Source: Candidatus Eiseniibacteriota bacterium | GTDB lineage: Bacteria; Eisenbacteria; RBG-16-71-46; DASYSL01 | Direction of reading: 5' to 3' | DNA: 31,059 nt | NCBI GenBank assembly: GCA_046598045.1 | Contig: JBKJJJ010000067.1 | Location: 1 to 31,059, forward strand | Shown here: in pieces, positions 1 to 10,311 of the stretch | How the letters are laid out: the number at the start of each line of letters is the position of its first letter | How positions within the stretch are numbered: position 1 is the first letter of the stretch | Made by a program: the position numbers and the translations under genes | Notes under the pieces: model-generated | What the model was told of the DNA's origin: nothing | Seen by the model: only the letters and a program-made list of their open reading frames with translations | Databases searched by the model: none

Positions 1-108
1 GTTTCCCAGAGAAATGGTCGCCACGGTGCAAACCGACAGAATCCGGCTTACGGCCGGCTCCGTCCCGTCGTCTTCCGCGCGCCCCGCGCGTCGCGTCCGA
101 GGTTCCCG

Positions 109-2334
109 ATGAGCACCGCCCCCGAGGCCACGATCGCGACGCTCAAGACGGAGCTGCTCGAGGAGCTCCGCCGGCGTTCGCCCAAGGTCGACCTCGCGCA
201 GGCGGCGGACGCGTTCGAGTACTCGCGTGCCGCGCACGGCGACCAGCTCCGCAAGTCGGGCGTGCCGTATGTCTCCCATCCGGTCGCGGCCGTGCACATC
301 CTGGTCGACCTGCTCGACTCCCATCTCGACAGCGCGATCGCCTGTGCCGCGCTGCTGCACGACACGGTCGAGGACACCTCGGTCACGCTCGCGGACGTGC
401 GCGCGCGCTACGGTGACGAGGTCGCGCAGCTGGTCGACGGCGTGACCAAGATCTCCGGCTTCACGTTCGACTCGGCGCGCAGCGAACAGGCGGAGAACTT
501 TCGCAAGATGCTGCTGTCGATGGCACGCGACCTGCGCGTGATCTTCATCAAGCTTGCCGACCGCCTGCACAACATGCGCACGCTCGAGTTCCTCGCGCCC
601 GAGAAGGCGCAGCGCATCGCGCGCGAGACGCGCGACATCTACGCGCCGCTCGCGCACCGCCTCGGCATCGCGCGCATCAAGCGCGAACTCGAGGACCTCG
701 CGCTCAAGACCCTCGACCCGCCCGCCTACCGCGAACTGTCCGAGCACGTCGCGCTCCGGCGCGAGCACCGCGAGGCCACGCTCAAGCGCGTCGAGGAGCC
801 GTTGCTCGACCGCCTCGCCGCGGAGGAGATCCGCGCGGACGTCTCGAGCCGGCCGAAGCATTTCTACTCGATCTATCTCAAGATGAAGTCCGGCGGGCGC
901 TCGTTCGACCAGATCTTCGACCTGATGGGCCTCAGGATCGTGACCGACAGCAAGGGCGACTGCTACCGGGCGCTCGGCGTCGTCCACGACCTGTGGGACC
1001 CGGTCCAGGCCCGCTTCAAGGACTACATCGCGACGCCCAAGAGCAACCTCTACCAGTCGCTGCACACGACCGTGGTCGTGCCGGGCGGCGAGATGGTCGA
1101 GATCCAGATCCGCACGCGCGAGATGCATCGCACCGCCGAGAGCGGCGTGGCGGCCCACTACGTGTACAAGGGCGGTGCGCTCGACCTCGACCTCGACGCG
1201 AAGCTCGGCGGGTTCGTCGGCCAGACCGCGGACTGGCAGGCGACGGCGAGCGACGAGGAGTACATGGAGTTCCTGCAGACCGCGCTCTACCAGGACGAGG
1301 TGTTCGTCTACACGCCGCGGCGCGAGCTCAAGCGCCTGCCGAAGGGCGCGACACCGCTCGACTTCGCGTTCCTGATCCACAGCGAGGTCGGTTTCCACTG
1401 CGTCGGCGCGCGCGTCAACGGCGCGCTCGTGCCGCTGCGGCACATGCTGTCGAACGGCGACACGGTCGAGGTCATCACCTCCCCTTCGGCGCGCCCGCAC
1501 ACCGACTGGCTCAAGATCGTGCGCACGCCGTCGGCGCGCAGCAAGATCCGGCACTGGCTGCGCGGTCAGTACCGCGAGGACGCGATCACGCTCGGCAAGG
1601 AGATGCTCGACCGCGAGCTCAAGAAGCTGCGCCTCGCCGAACGCATCGACGAGGCGACGCTCACGGACGCCGCACAGGGCGCGGGGCTGCCCGACGTCGA
1701 GAGCCTGTACGCGAAGCTCGGGCAAGGCACGCTGTCGCTCACCTCGTTCCTGCGCCGGCTCGTGCCGGAAGCGGGCAAGGAGGGGCCGCTCGAGCGCTTC
1801 CGCAATGCCTCGGCCGAGGTGTTGCGGAACCTCACGCGCCAGAAGGGTCATGGCGTGCGCCTGCACGGGCTCGACAACGTGTTGCTCCACTTCGCGCGCT
1901 GCTGCCAGCCGGTGCCCGGCGACCCGGTGATCGGCATCGTCACCCAGGGACGGGGGGTGTCCGTTCACCAGGCGGATTGCCCGAACACGTTCCCGGATCG
2001 CGTGCCGACCGAGCGCCGCGTCGAAGTCGAGTGGAACACGAGCCCCGACGAGGTGTTCCCGGTGCGCCTGATCGTGTATGGCTCCGATCGCCCCGGCATG
2101 CTGGCCGACATCACGAAGGCGATCGCCGCGCTCAAGGTCAACATCCGTTCGGCCGGGATGGCGAGCGAGGACCGCACGGCGCGCGGCGTTTTCCTGGTCG
2201 AGGTGCCGAACCTGCGCAAGCTGCAGGAGACGCTGGGCGCGATCCAGCGCGTCAAGGGCGTCTCGCGCGTCGAGCGCCAGCTCCAGTCCGGCGGGAAGGG
2301 CCGCGGCGCGGGCCCGCCCCACGGGGGCGAATGA
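109..2334 (+). CDS. rel: Bifunctional (p)ppGpp synthetase/hydrolase (long RSH, Rel/SpoT)
   Basis: Intact HD motif (SHP...LLHDTVED), [12 protein letters not shown], synthetase motifs [20 protein letters not shown] and EIQIRT, TGS (VFVYTP...[12 protein letters not shown]), ZFD (RCCQPVPGD...H..DC) and C-terminal ACT domain. Confidence 0.97.
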   Translation: MSTAPEATIATLKTELLEELRRRSPKVDLAQAADAFEYSRAAHGDQLRKSGVPYVSHPVAAVHILVDLLDSHLDSAIACAALLHDTVEDTSVTLADVRARYGDEVAQLVDGVTKISGFTFDSARSEQAENFRKMLLSMARDLRVIFIKLADRLHNMRTLEFLAPEKAQRIARETRDIYAPLAHRLGIARIKRELEDLALKTLDPPAYRELSEHVALRREHREATLKRVEEPLLDRLAAEEIRADVSSRPKHFYSIYLKMKSGGRSFDQIFDLMGLRIVTDSKGDCYRALGVVHDLWDPVQARFKDYIATPKSNLYQSLHTTVVVPGGEMVEIQIRTREMHRTAESGVAAHYVYKGGALDLDLDAKLGGFVGQTADWQATASDEEYMEFLQTALYQDEVFVYTPRRELKRLPKGATPLDFAFLIHSEVGFHCVGARVNGALVPLRHMLSNGDTVEVITSPSARPHTDWLKIVRTPSARSKIRHWLRGQYREDAITLGKEMLDRELKKLRLAERIDEATLTDAAQGAGLPDVESLYAKLGQGTLSLTSFLRRLVPEAGKEGPLERFRNASAEVLRNLTRQKGHGVRLHGLDNVLLHFARCCQPVPGDPVIGIVTQGRGVSVHQADCPNTFPDRVPTERRVEVEWNTSPDEVFPVRLIVYGSDRPGMLADITKAIAALKVNIRSAGMASEDRTARGVFLVEVPNLRKLQETLGAIQRVKGVSRVERQLQSGGKGRGAGPPHGGE

Positions 2335-2783
2335 GGGCGCACGTCCAACGCGTCGCCCGCGCTTCGGTCGAGGTTGACGGGCGCGTGGTGGGGGCGATCG
2401 AGCGCGGCCTGCTCGTGCTCGTCGGCGTGACTGCGAGCGACGGCCCCGCGGACGCGTCGCGGCTCGCCGAGAAGGTCGTGCGCCTGCGCTGCTTCAACGA
2501 CCCGCAGGGCGCCATGAACCTCGCGCTCGGCGACGTCTCGGGCGCGGTGCTCGCGGTCAGCCAGTTCACGCTCTACGGCGACACGGCGAAGGGCCACCGG
2601 CCCTCGTTCGTCTCGGCCGCGCCACCCGAACAGGCCGAGCGCCTGTACCGCGCGTTCGTCGACGCGGTCGCGGCGCTCGGCGTCCCGGTCCAGGAGGGCG
2701 TCTTCCGCGCGCACATGATGGTCTCGCTGGTCAACGACGGCCCGGTCACGCTGCTGCTCGAGACGGGAGCGCGCCCCGCGTGA
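2331..2783 (+). CDS. dtd: D-aminoacyl-tRNA deacylase
   Basis: MRAHVQRV start at ATG 2331 overlapping the rel stop (ATGA); SQFTL and NDGPVT motifs; corresponds to the 3' end of the track ORF 993..2783. Confidence 0.96.
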   Translation: MRAHVQRVARASVEVDGRVVGAIERGLLVLVGVTASDGPADASRLAEKVVRLRCFNDPQGAMNLALGDVSGAVLAVSQFTLYGDTAKGHRPSFVSAAPPEQAERLYRAFVDAVAALGVPVQEGVFRAHMMVSLVNDGPVTLLLETGARPA

Positions 2784-3388
2784 ACGCGCCGCTCGTGCTC
2801 GCCTCGCGCTCGCCGCGGCGGATCGCGCTGATGAGCGCGGCCGGCTATGCGTTCACCGCCGAGGCAGCCGACCTCGACGAGGACGAGGTCCACCCCGAGG
2901 TCAAGTCGCCCTCGCGCCGCGCGACGCTGATCGCGCTCGCCAAGGCACGTGCGATCGCGGCGCGCCACCCGGGCGCGCTGGTGATCGGGGCCGACACGAT
3001 GGTCGTGCTCGGGGAGGAGCTGCTCGGCAAGCCGCGGGATGCGGAGCACGCGCTGTGGATGCTGTCGCGGCTCTCGGGCACCAGCCACGAGGTGGTGACC
3101 GGCCTCGCGCTGGTCGGCGAAGGCGGCCGCGAGGCGACGGGATTCGCCGCCACGCGCGTGACCTTCGCACCCTGGCCGGCCGACGCGCTCGTGGCCTACG
3201 CCCGCACCCCCGGGGTGCTCGACCAGGCCGGTGCGTATGGGATCCAGGACGCGGCGGGGGCGTACGTCGAGCGGCTGGACGGCTGCTTCTACAATGTGGT
3301 CGGGCTGCCCATGGCCCGACTGGCGCGACTCATGCGCCTCGCCGAGCTTCAACCCGGCCCCGCCGTGCGGTCTCGGCACAGCACCTGA
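2780..3388 (+). CDS. maf: Maf family nucleoside triphosphate pyrophosphatase (YhdE-like)
   Basis: [32 protein letters not shown] and NVVGLP motifs; GTGA overlap with dtd. Confidence 0.93.
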   Translation: MNAPLVLASRSPRRIALMSAAGYAFTAEAADLDEDEVHPEVKSPSRRATLIALAKARAIAARHPGALVIGADTMVVLGEELLGKPRDAEHALWMLSRLSGTSHEVVTGLALVGEGGREATGFAATRVTFAPWPADALVAYARTPGVLDQAGAYGIQDAAGAYVERLDGCFYNVVGLPMARLARLMRLAELQPGPAVRSRHST

Positions 3389-3504
3389 TCCGGAGCCGGC
3401 GCGCGTGGATTCGTCCACCATCTCGGATTTACGGTTCCGACGATCTCGTTGCCGGAGCGTGACTTGGCCCGTTCCGGAGCGGCTGGATCCTCGTCCGCGG
3501 GGGG

Positions 3505-3534
3505 TTGACGGACGGGCACGCATCGTGCTAAGGT
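3505..3534 (+). promoter_or_regulatory. Putative sigma70 promoter of the rplM operon
   Basis: TTGACG (3505-3510), 18-nt spacer, extended -10 TGc-TAAGGT (3526-3534), about 50 nt upstream of the rplM start. Confidence 0.7.
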
Positions 3535-3584
3535 CCGGCGTTTGCAAGTCGTTCCCGCAAGCGGTTTTGCTCCACGGAGGATGC

Positions 3585-4019
3585 ATGAAGACGCATGCCG
3601 TCAAGGCGGATGAGATCCGCCATGACTGGTTCGTGTTCGACGCTGAGGACAAGGTCCTCGGACGAGTCGCCAGCCAGGTCGCCCAGATTCTCAAGGGGAA
3701 GCACAAGCCGATTTACTCGCCTCATCTCGACACCGGCGATCACGTCGTCGTGGTCAACGTCGAGAAGATCCGGGTCACCGGCAAGAAGTCCGAAAAGAAG
3801 AAGTACTTCTCGCACTCGATGTACCCGGGCGGCGTGACGTGGACGTCGTTCCGTGAGATGAGTGACGCGAAGCCCGATCGGGTGCTCTACCTGGCGGTCC
3901 GGGGCATGCTGCCCAAGAACAGCCTGGGTCGGGCGATGATCAAGAAGCTCAAGATCTACGCCGGCCCGCAGCACCCGCACGCCGCGCAGTCGCCGAAGTC
4001 CCTGACGCTCCCGTACTGA
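3585..4019 (+). CDS. rplM: 50S ribosomal protein L13
   Basis: MKT...WFVFDAEDKVLGRVASQVAQILKGKHKPIYSPHLDTGD...GMLPKN...HPHAAQ; GGAGG Shine-Dalgarno before ATG 3585. Confidence 0.98.
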   Translation: MKTHAVKADEIRHDWFVFDAEDKVLGRVASQVAQILKGKHKPIYSPHLDTGDHVVVVNVEKIRVTGKKSEKKKYFSHSMYPGGVTWTSFREMSDAKPDRVLYLAVRGMLPKNSLGRAMIKKLKIYAGPQHPHAAQSPKSLTLPY

Positions 4020-4092
4020 TCCGTACCGAGCGCGTGTTCCGTCCCGCGAGCCGCGGCTTGACGCCGGGGCTCCGTATCCGGAGGTCATCTCG

Positions 4093-4494
4093 TTGACGAA
4101 AGTTGCGAACACCGCGCCTGCCTCGACCGGCCGGCGCAAGGAGGCCACCGCGCGCGTGCGGCTGCTCCCGGGGAGCGGCCAGATGTTCGTGAATGGCCGT
4201 CCGGTCGCTGCCTATTTCATGCGCCCCGCGCTGGTCAAGCACGCTGAGGGCCCGCTCGTCCTCACGCACACCGCCGCCCGCTTCGACGTCTACGCCACCG
4301 CGAACGGCGGCGGCCTCACCGGCCAGGCCGGCGCGGTCCGCCTCGGGATCGCGCGTGCGCTGGTCAAGCTGGACGAGACGATGCGCGGACCGCTGGGCAA
4401 GGAAGGCTTCCTCACCCGCGACTCGCGGATGAAGGAGCGCAAGAAGTACGGGCAGGCCGGCGCCCGCAAGCGCTTCCAGTTCTCGAAGCGCTAA
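4093..4494 (+). CDS. rpsI: 30S ribosomal protein S9
   Basis: TGRRKEATARVRL, GGGLTGQAGAVRLGIARAL, C-terminal ERKKYGQAGARKRFQFSKR; TTG start with upstream GGAGG. Confidence 0.97.
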   Translation: MTKVANTAPASTGRRKEATARVRLLPGSGQMFVNGRPVAAYFMRPALVKHAEGPLVLTHTAARFDVYATANGGGLTGQAGAVRLGIARALVKLDETMRGPLGKEGFLTRDSRMKERKKYGQAGARKRFQFSKR

Positions 4495-4506
4495 ACTTGG
4501 CATCCC

Positions 4507-4527
4507 CCCGGGGCGCTTCGCCCCGGG
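4507..4527 (+). other. GC-rich stem-loop after rpsI
   Basis: cccggggcg-ctt-cgccccggg, a 9-bp perfect stem; no U-tract, so not called a terminator. Confidence 0.5.
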
Positions 4528-4530
4528 CAT

Positions 4531-4602
4531 CCCACACGCCCGCAACCCTTCGGTCCGCTCCTGCGGCCGACGCGGGCGGAGGCTGAACCGAAGGAGAGTG
4601 TC
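4531..4602 (+). promoter_or_regulatory. rpsB 5' leader (S2 autoregulatory, t44-like RNA)
   Basis: CACAC followed by stem cgcccgc (4537-4543)/gcgggcg (4572-4578), then GAGGCTGAACC; ccttcggt (4547-4554) is complementary to accgaagg (4587-4594), which overlaps the Shine-Dalgarno. Confidence 0.7.
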
Positions 4603-5400
4603 ATGTCCGAAGTCACCATGAAGGACCTGTTGGAGGCCGGCGTCCATTTCGGCCACCAGACCCGCCGTTGGAACCCCAAGATGAAGAAGTTCATCTTCAT
4701 CGAGCGCAACGGCATCTACATCATCGACCTCCAGAAGACGCTCAAGTGCCTGAACGAGGCGCGCGACGCGATCGTGCGCGGCGTGCAGGGCGGCGGTCAC
4801 GTCCTGTTCGTGGGCACCAAGCGCCAGGCCAAGACCGTGATGTCCGAGGAGTCGAAGCGCTGCGGCCAGTTCTACGTGGTCGAGCGCTGGCTCGGCGGCA
4901 TGCTCACGAACTTCAAGACCGTGAAGATGAGCATCAAGCGTCTCAAGGAGCTCGACAAGATGTCCGACGAGGGCGTGTTCGACCGCCTCTCGAAGAAGGA
5001 AGTCTCGCGCCTCTCGCGGGAGCGTACCAAGCTCGAGCACGCGCTGTCCGGGATCAAGGACATGAACGCGCTGCCGAAGCTCCTGTTCGTGATCGACACC
5101 AAGAAGGAGAAGATCGCGGTCGCCGAGGCCAACCGCCTGGGCATCCCGATCGTCGGCATCGTCGACACCAACTGCGACCCGGACGTGATCCAGTATCCGA
5201 TCCCGGGCAACGACGACGCGATCCGGGCGATCCGCCTGTTCTCGCGCATGGTTTCCGACGCGGTGGTCGAGGGGCAGCGGGTCGCGGCGGCGAAGGCCGA
5301 GCGCCCGGCCGAGGCCGAGGCCGAGGTGGTTGCGGTCGCACCCGGCGAGACCGTGTCCTACGGGGGCGAGCCCGAGGGCGGGACCCGGGCCCAGGCCTGA
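4603..5400 (+). CDS. rpsB: 30S ribosomal protein S2
   Basis: [46 protein letters not shown]; Ala/Glu-rich C-terminal tail. Confidence 0.99.
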   Translation: MSEVTMKDLLEAGVHFGHQTRRWNPKMKKFIFIERNGIYIIDLQKTLKCLNEARDAIVRGVQGGGHVLFVGTKRQAKTVMSEESKRCGQFYVVERWLGGMLTNFKTVKMSIKRLKELDKMSDEGVFDRLSKKEVSRLSRERTKLEHALSGIKDMNALPKLLFVIDTKKEKIAVAEANRLGIPIVGIVDTNCDPDVIQYPIPGNDDAIRAIRLFSRMVSDAVVEGQRVAAAKAERPAEAEAEVVAVAPGETVSYGGEPEGGTRAQA

Positions 5401-5475
5401 TTCCGCTCCGCCGTCCCGACGACCCCATGACAGGCGCGGCCCGGGGCCGCCCTCACGAGCAAAGGCAAGGAGAAC

Positions 5476-6078
5476 ATGTTGGCTGAGATCTCTTCCAAAC
5501 AGGTGATGGAGCTGCGCCAGCGCACCGGCGTCGGCATGATGGAGTGCAAGAAGGCGCTCGCCGAGTCGAACGGGGACCTCGATCTCGCGATCGAGGCGCT
5601 GCGCAAGCGCGGCGCGGCGAAGGCGGCCTCCAAGGCCGACCGGGCCGCCTCCGAGGGCCTGGTGGAGTCCTACATCCACCCGGGCGGCCGGGTCGGCGTC
5701 CTGCTCGAGATCAACTGCGAGACCGACTTCGTCGCGCGCACGGACGACTTCAAGAACCTGCTCAAGGGCATCGCGATGCACATCGCCGCGATGGGCCCGA
5801 TCGCGGTCCGGCGCGAGGAGATCGCGACCGATCTCGTGGCCAGCGAACGCGCGATCTTCATCGAGCAGGTGCGCGCCGAGGGCAAGCCCGAGGCGATCGT
5901 CGAGAAGATCGTCGACGGCAAGATGAACAAGTGGTTCTCGGAGGTCGCGCTGCTGGACCAGCCCTACGTCAAGGACGACAGCAAGACGGTCGGCGGGTTG
6001 ATCGAGGAGGCGGTCGCGAAGATGGGCGAGAACATCCAGGTTCGCCGCTTCTCCAAGTTCCGCCTCGGGCAGGACTGA
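5476..6078 (+). CDS. tsf: Elongation factor Ts (short form, 200 aa)
   Basis: [17 protein letters not shown] and [10 protein letters not shown] motifs; AAGGAG Shine-Dalgarno. Confidence 0.98.
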   Translation: MLAEISSKQVMELRQRTGVGMMECKKALAESNGDLDLAIEALRKRGAAKAASKADRAASEGLVESYIHPGGRVGVLLEINCETDFVARTDDFKNLLKGIAMHIAAMGPIAVRREEIATDLVASERAIFIEQVRAEGKPEAIVEKIVDGKMNKWFSEVALLDQPYVKDDSKTVGGLIEEAVAKMGENIQVRRFSKFRLGQD

Positions 6079-6092
6079 GGTAGAGGGTAAGG

Positions 6093-6116
6093 CGCGCGGG
6101 GCATGCGCCCCGCGCG
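6093..6116 (+). other. Stem-loop between tsf and pyrH
   Basis: cgcgcggggc-atgc-gccccgcgcg, a 10-bp perfect stem; no poly-U, so possibly a pause or stability hairpin. Confidence 0.5.
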
Positions 6117-6163
6117 TACCTGATCGTGCCCGACCGGCGCCACCCGGCGCGAAGGGGTCCCCC

Positions 6164-6886
6164 GTGCCGTGTTTCAAGCGCATCCTCCTCAAGCTTTCCG
6201 GCGAGATCCTGGCGGGGCCGAAAGGCTACGGGATCGACGAGGACGTCCTCAACACGCTCGCCGAGGAAATCGCGAGCGTGCGCCGCGCCGGCGTCGAGGT
6301 CGGCGTCGTGCTGGGCGGTGGCAACATCTTCCGCGGCCTCGCCGCCGCCTCCCGCGGCATGGACCGCGTGGCCGCCGACTACATGGGCATGCTCGCCACC
6401 GTGATCAACTCGCTCGCGCTGCAACACGCGCTCGAGAAGCAGCAGTTGTTCACGCGCGTCCTCTCCGCCATCGACATGCAGAAGGTCGCCGAGCCGTTCA
6501 TTCGCCGCCGCGCCGTGCGCCACCTCGAAAAGGGGCGCGTCGTGATCTTCGGCGCGGGCACCGGCAATCCGTACTTCACGACCGACACGGCAGCGGCGCT
6601 GCGCGCGATCGAGGTCGGCGCCGAGGTGATCCTCAAGGGCACGCGCGTGGACGGCGTGTACGACAAGGATCCCGAGCGCCACGCGGACGCGAACCGTTAC
6701 CGCGCGATCACTTATCTCGACGTGCTGAATCAGGGACTCAAGGTGATGGACTCGACCGCGGTCTCGCTCTGCATGGACAACAAGTTGCCGATCGTGGTGT
6801 TCGACATCGGGACGCCGGGCAACCTGATGCGGGTGGTGGAGGGGGAGCCGGTCGGAACGCTCGTGGGGGAACTCGCTCATGCCTAG
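6164..6886 (+). CDS. pyrH: UMP kinase
   Basis: [51 protein letters not shown]. Confidence 0.98.
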   Translation: MPCFKRILLKLSGEILAGPKGYGIDEDVLNTLAEEIASVRRAGVEVGVVLGGGNIFRGLAAASRGMDRVAADYMGMLATVINSLALQHALEKQQLFTRVLSAIDMQKVAEPFIRRRAVRHLEKGRVVIFGAGTGNPYFTTDTAAALRAIEVGAEVILKGTRVDGVYDKDPERHADANRYRAITYLDVLNQGLKVMDSTAVSLCMDNKLPIVVFDIGTPGNLMRVVEGEPVGTLVGELAHA

Positions 6887-7439
6887 CGCACAGTTGCTCG
6901 CGGATACCGAAGAACGGATGAAGAAGTCCCTCGAGAACACGCGCAAGGAGCTGTCCTCGATCCGGACCGGGCGCGCCACCACGTCGCTGCTCGACACGGT
7001 GCACGTGAACTACTACGGCAACCCGACGCCGCTCGCGCAGGTCGCCGCCGTGAGCGCTCCGGAGCCGCGCCTGCTGGTCGTCCAGCCGTGGGAGAAGAAC
7101 ATGGTGTCCGAGATCTCGAAGGCCATCCAGAAGGCCGACCTCGGGCTCAATCCCACCGACGACGGCAACGTCGTGCGCGTCCCGATCCCGTCGCTCACCG
7201 AGGAGCGGCGGAAGGACATGGTCAAGCTCATCGGCAAGCTGGTCGAGGAGGGCCGCGTCCATGTCCGCCAGGTGCGCCGCGAGGCGAACGACGAGCTCAA
7301 GCATCGCCTCAAGGACGGCGAGATTCCGAAGGACGACGAGAAGCGCGCCGAGCAGGACATCCAGAAGCTGACGGACAGGTACATCGCGCTGATCGACGAG
7401 ATGCTCGCCAAGAAGACCGCGGAGTTGATGGAGGTCTAG
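6879..7439 (+). CDS. frr: Ribosome recycling factor
   Basis: [36 protein letters not shown]. Confidence 0.98.
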   Translation: MPSAQLLADTEERMKKSLENTRKELSSIRTGRATTSLLDTVHVNYYGNPTPLAQVAAVSAPEPRLLVVQPWEKNMVSEISKAIQKADLGLNPTDDGNVVRVPIPSLTEERRKDMVKLIGKLVEEGRVHVRQVRREANDELKHRLKDGEIPKDDEKRAEQDIQKLTDRYIALIDEMLAKKTAELMEV

Positions 7440-7464
7440 GCCCAGGCCCAGGCCGCCCGCGCCG

Positions 7465-8208
7465 ATGACCGTCCGCACGCCCACGCCCGAGGCCCTGCGC
7501 GAGAAGGGCCCGATCCCGCGCCATGTCGCGATCATCATGGATGGCAACGGGCGCTGGGCCCGGCGGCGCGGCGTGCCCCGGATCCTCGGTCACCGCGCCG
7601 GGCGCGAGGCCGTGCGCGACACCGTGCGCGGCGCGGTCGCACTCGGCATCGAAGTCCTCACCCTCTATACGTTCTCCACCGAAAACTGGGAGCGCCCGAA
7701 GACCGAGGTCAAGGGGCTGATGGCGTTCCTCAAGCGCGTGCTGCGCGAGGAGGTGAAGGACCTCGACGCGCAGAACGTGCGCCTGCGCGTGATCGGCCGC
7801 GCGCGGGACCTCGCGCCCGACGTGCGCGACGTGGTCGACCAGGCGGTCACGCGGCTCGCCGGCAACGACGGCCTGCTGCTCGTGCTCGCGCTCTCCTACA
7901 GCGGGCGCACGGAGATCCTCGACGCGGTGCGCCAGCTCGTGGCCGAGGCGGGCTCGCGTCCGGTGGCGCCGATCAAGGTGGACGAGCGCCTGTTCGAGTC
8001 CCACCTGCAGACCGCGGGCCTGCCGGACCCGGATCTCCTCATCCGCACGAGCGGGGAGCGCCGGATCTCGAACTTCCTGCTGTGGCAACTGGCCTACACC
8101 GAACTCGTGTTCGACGACGCGCTTTGGCCGGACTTCCGGCGCAAGAACCTGTTCCGCGCGGTGTCCGACTTCCAGGGGCGCGAGCGCCGCTTCGGCAAGC
8201 TCGACTGA
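7465..8208 (+). CDS. uppS: Undecaprenyl/isoprenyl diphosphate synthase
   Basis: HVAIIMDGNGRWA, FSTENW, PDLLIRTSGERRISNFLLWQ. Confidence 0.97.
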   Translation: MTVRTPTPEALREKGPIPRHVAIIMDGNGRWARRRGVPRILGHRAGREAVRDTVRGAVALGIEVLTLYTFSTENWERPKTEVKGLMAFLKRVLREEVKDLDAQNVRLRVIGRARDLAPDVRDVVDQAVTRLAGNDGLLLVLALSYSGRTEILDAVRQLVAEAGSRPVAPIKVDERLFESHLQTAGLPDPDLLIRTSGERRISNFLLWQLAYTELVFDDALWPDFRRKNLFRAVSDFQGRERRFGKLD

Positions 8209-8222
8209 GGGGCGGGGGACCC

Positions 8223-9065
8223 GTGCGCGTCGATCCCAAGCTCCCGCTCCGGGTGCTCTCGGCGGTGCTGTTCGTACCGCTGCTGGTCTTCCTCGCGTTC
8301 CAGGGCGGCCTGTGGTTTGCCGCGCTGGTCACGCTCGAGGTCGTGCTCGGGCTGCTCGAGTTCTATCGCATGATGATGGCCCGCGGCATGCGCCCGAGCC
8401 CCCGGCTGGGAATCGTGCTCGGCCTCGCGCTCTGCGGGCTCTCGTTCGCGGGGACCTCGAGCCAGACCAACCTGCTGTTCACGGCCGGCCTCCTGATCGT
8501 GTTCTGCGCCGAGCTGCTGCGTTCCGAGGGCGAGCGCGGCATGGAGCCGATGGCGGTCACGCTGTTCGGCGTGCTCTACGTGGGCTGGCTGTCGGTTCAC
8601 CTCGTGTTCCTGCGCGAGCTACCGCACCATCTCGGTCAGCCCTACGCCGAGGGCGCGCGCTACGTGCTGCTCGCATTCTTCCTGACCTGGGTGTGCGACA
8701 CCGCGGCCTACGCTTTCGGGATGTGGCTCGGGCGCAACCGCCTGTTCGCGGCCGTGAGCCCGAAGAAGTCGGTGGAGGGCTCGATCGGCGGACTGTTCGC
8801 GACGCTCGCCGCCGCGCACATCGCCCGGCTCTGGTTCGCGCCCTTCCTGACCGTGATGCACGCGACCGTGCTCGGCCTGGCGGTGGGGGTGTTCGCGCAG
8901 GTCGGAGACCTCGCCGAGTCCCTGCTCAAGCGCATGTCCGGCAACAAGGACGCCGGCGACCTGATCCCGGGGCACGGCGGCGTGCTCGACCGGTTCGACA
9001 GCCTCTACTTCACCGCGCCACTGGTCTACTATTATCTCAAGATGGCGATCTTCCATGCCTACTAG
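8223..9065 (+). CDS. cdsA: Phosphatidate cytidylyltransferase
   Basis: Multi-TM protein with SPKKSVEG, GDLAESLLKR and KDAGDLIPGHGGVLDRFDS; start placed at GTG 8223, just after the uppS stop. Confidence 0.95.
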   Translation: MRVDPKLPLRVLSAVLFVPLLVFLAFQGGLWFAALVTLEVVLGLLEFYRMMMARGMRPSPRLGIVLGLALCGLSFAGTSSQTNLLFTAGLLIVFCAELLRSEGERGMEPMAVTLFGVLYVGWLSVHLVFLRELPHHLGQPYAEGARYVLLAFFLTWVCDTAAYAFGMWLGRNRLFAAVSPKKSVEGSIGGLFATLAAAHIARLWFAPFLTVMHATVLGLAVGVFAQVGDLAESLLKRMSGNKDAGDLIPGHGGVLDRFDSLYFTAPLVYYYLKMAIFHAY

Positions 9066-10311
9066 CTCCCGTCCGGGCGGCCCGTTCCATGTCGACGCCG
9101 GCTCCCCGGGCGGACGCGCGTTCGCGCTCGCGCCCGGGCCGTGGCCGCGCCGCATCTCGATCCTCGGCGCGACCGGGACCGTGGGCGCGGCCGCGCTCGC
9201 CGTCGTGCGCGCGCAGCCGGGGCGCTTCGTCGTCGACACGCTCGCAGCCGGGACGCGCATGCGCGAGCTGGCGGCGCTCGTGCGCGAGTTCGCGCCGACG
9301 CACGTGGTCGTGCGCGGCGACGCCGAGCGCGCGGCGCTGCTCGCGCTGAGCGATCTCGCGGCGGGCGCGGTGAGCGTCGGGGCGCACGGCCTCGCGGACG
9401 CGGCAGCGCGCCCGGTCGACGTGCTGCTCCACGCTGTGAGCGGGGCGGCCGGATTGCCGGCGACGCTCGGGGCGATCGAGGCGGGACGCACGATCGCGCT
9501 CGCGAACAAGGAGAGCCTCGTCCTCGCCGGCGACCTGGTCGACGCGCGCGCGCGCATGACCGGCGCAGCGATCGTGCCGGTCGACAGCGAGCACGCGGGG
9601 CTGTTCCAGTGCCTCGCAGGCGCGGGCGCGGCGGCCGCGTTCCGCCGCCTGATCCTGACCGCCTCGGGCGGACCATTGCGCACGCGCGCGGACTGGGCCG
9701 ACGCGACGCCCGAGGAGGTGCTGGCGCACCCGATCTGGGCGATGGGCCCGCGCATCACGGTCGACTCCGCGCTGCTGCTCAACAAGGGCCTCGAGGTGAT
9801 CGAGGCGCGCGCGCTGTTCGGCGTGCCCTTGGAGGCGATCGACGTCGTGGTTCACCCGCAGGCGATCGTCCACGCCATGGTCGAGATGGCGGACCACTCG
9901 ACGCTCGCGCAGCTCTCGGTGCCCGACATGAAGCTGCCCGTGCAGCTCGCGCTGGCGTGGCCGGACCGCCTGCCCGCGCCGATCCCCGCGCTCGACTTCG
10001 CGCGCGTGGGCAGGCTCGACTTCGAGCCGCTGCTGCCGGGGCGATTCCCGTCGTTCGACCTCGCGCGGCTCGCCGCCGAGCGCGGCGGGACGGCCCCGGC
10101 CGTGCTCAACGGCGCCGACGAAGTGCTGGTCGGGGCGTTCCTGGGCGGCCGGATCCGCCTGGGTGACGTGCCCGTGTTGCTCGCGGAGTGCCTCGACGCG
10201 GTGCCGCACGGTCCCGCCGACACGCTCGCGCGCATCGAGGCCGCCGACCAGGCCGCGCGCGCGTCCGCCGAGGAGGCGCTGGCGCGCGCCGGCGCGCGGG
10301 CCGGGCGATGA
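9055..10311 (+). CDS. dxr: 1-deoxy-D-xylulose 5-phosphate reductoisomerase
   Basis: ILGATGTVG, LANKESL, PVDSEH, TASGGP, HPIWAMG, NKGLEVIEA, PDMKLP. Confidence 0.94.
   Translation: MPTSSRPGGPFHVDAGSPGGRAFALAPGPWPRRISILGATGTVGAAALAVVRAQPGRFVVDTLAAGTRMRELAALVREFAPTHVVVRGDAERAALLALSDLAAGAVSVGAHGLADAAARPVDVLLHAVSGAAGLPATLGAIEAGRTIALANKESLVLAGDLVDARARMTGAAIVPVDSEHAGLFQCLAGAGAAAAFRRLILTASGGPLRTRADWADATPEEVLAHPIWAMGPRITVDSALLLNKGLEVIEARALFGVPLEAIDVVVHPQAIVHAMVEMADHSTLAQLSVPDMKLPVQLALAWPDRLPAPIPALDFARVGRLDFEPLLPGRFPSFDLARLAAERGGTAPAVLNGADEVLVGAFLGGRIRLGDVPVLLAECLDAVPHGPADTLARIEAADQAARASAEEALARAGARAGR

Noticed and set aside
993..2783. 596-aa ORF suggesting a long N-terminal fusion to Dtd
   Set aside because: The upstream part is an off-frame read of rel; Dtd homology starts at ATG 2331
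109..2783. rel-dtd linkage as a novel system
   Set aside because: This adjacency is already well known in many bacteria
4059..4092. TTGACG hexamer before rpsI (and another near 30826) as promoters
   Set aside because: No acceptable -10 element at 16-18 nt spacing
5436..5450. Hairpin gcggcc-cgg-ggccgc between rpsB and tsf as a terminator
   Set aside because: Only 6 bp with no U-tract; easily arises by chance at this GC content
5476..6078. EF-Ts only 200 aa, possible truncation
   Set aside because: The short EF-Ts form is well known in several phyla, and both termini look complete
7439..7454. ggccca-ggccca-ggcc short tandem repeat
   Set aside because: Too short to be meaningful; not a CRISPR or REP-type array
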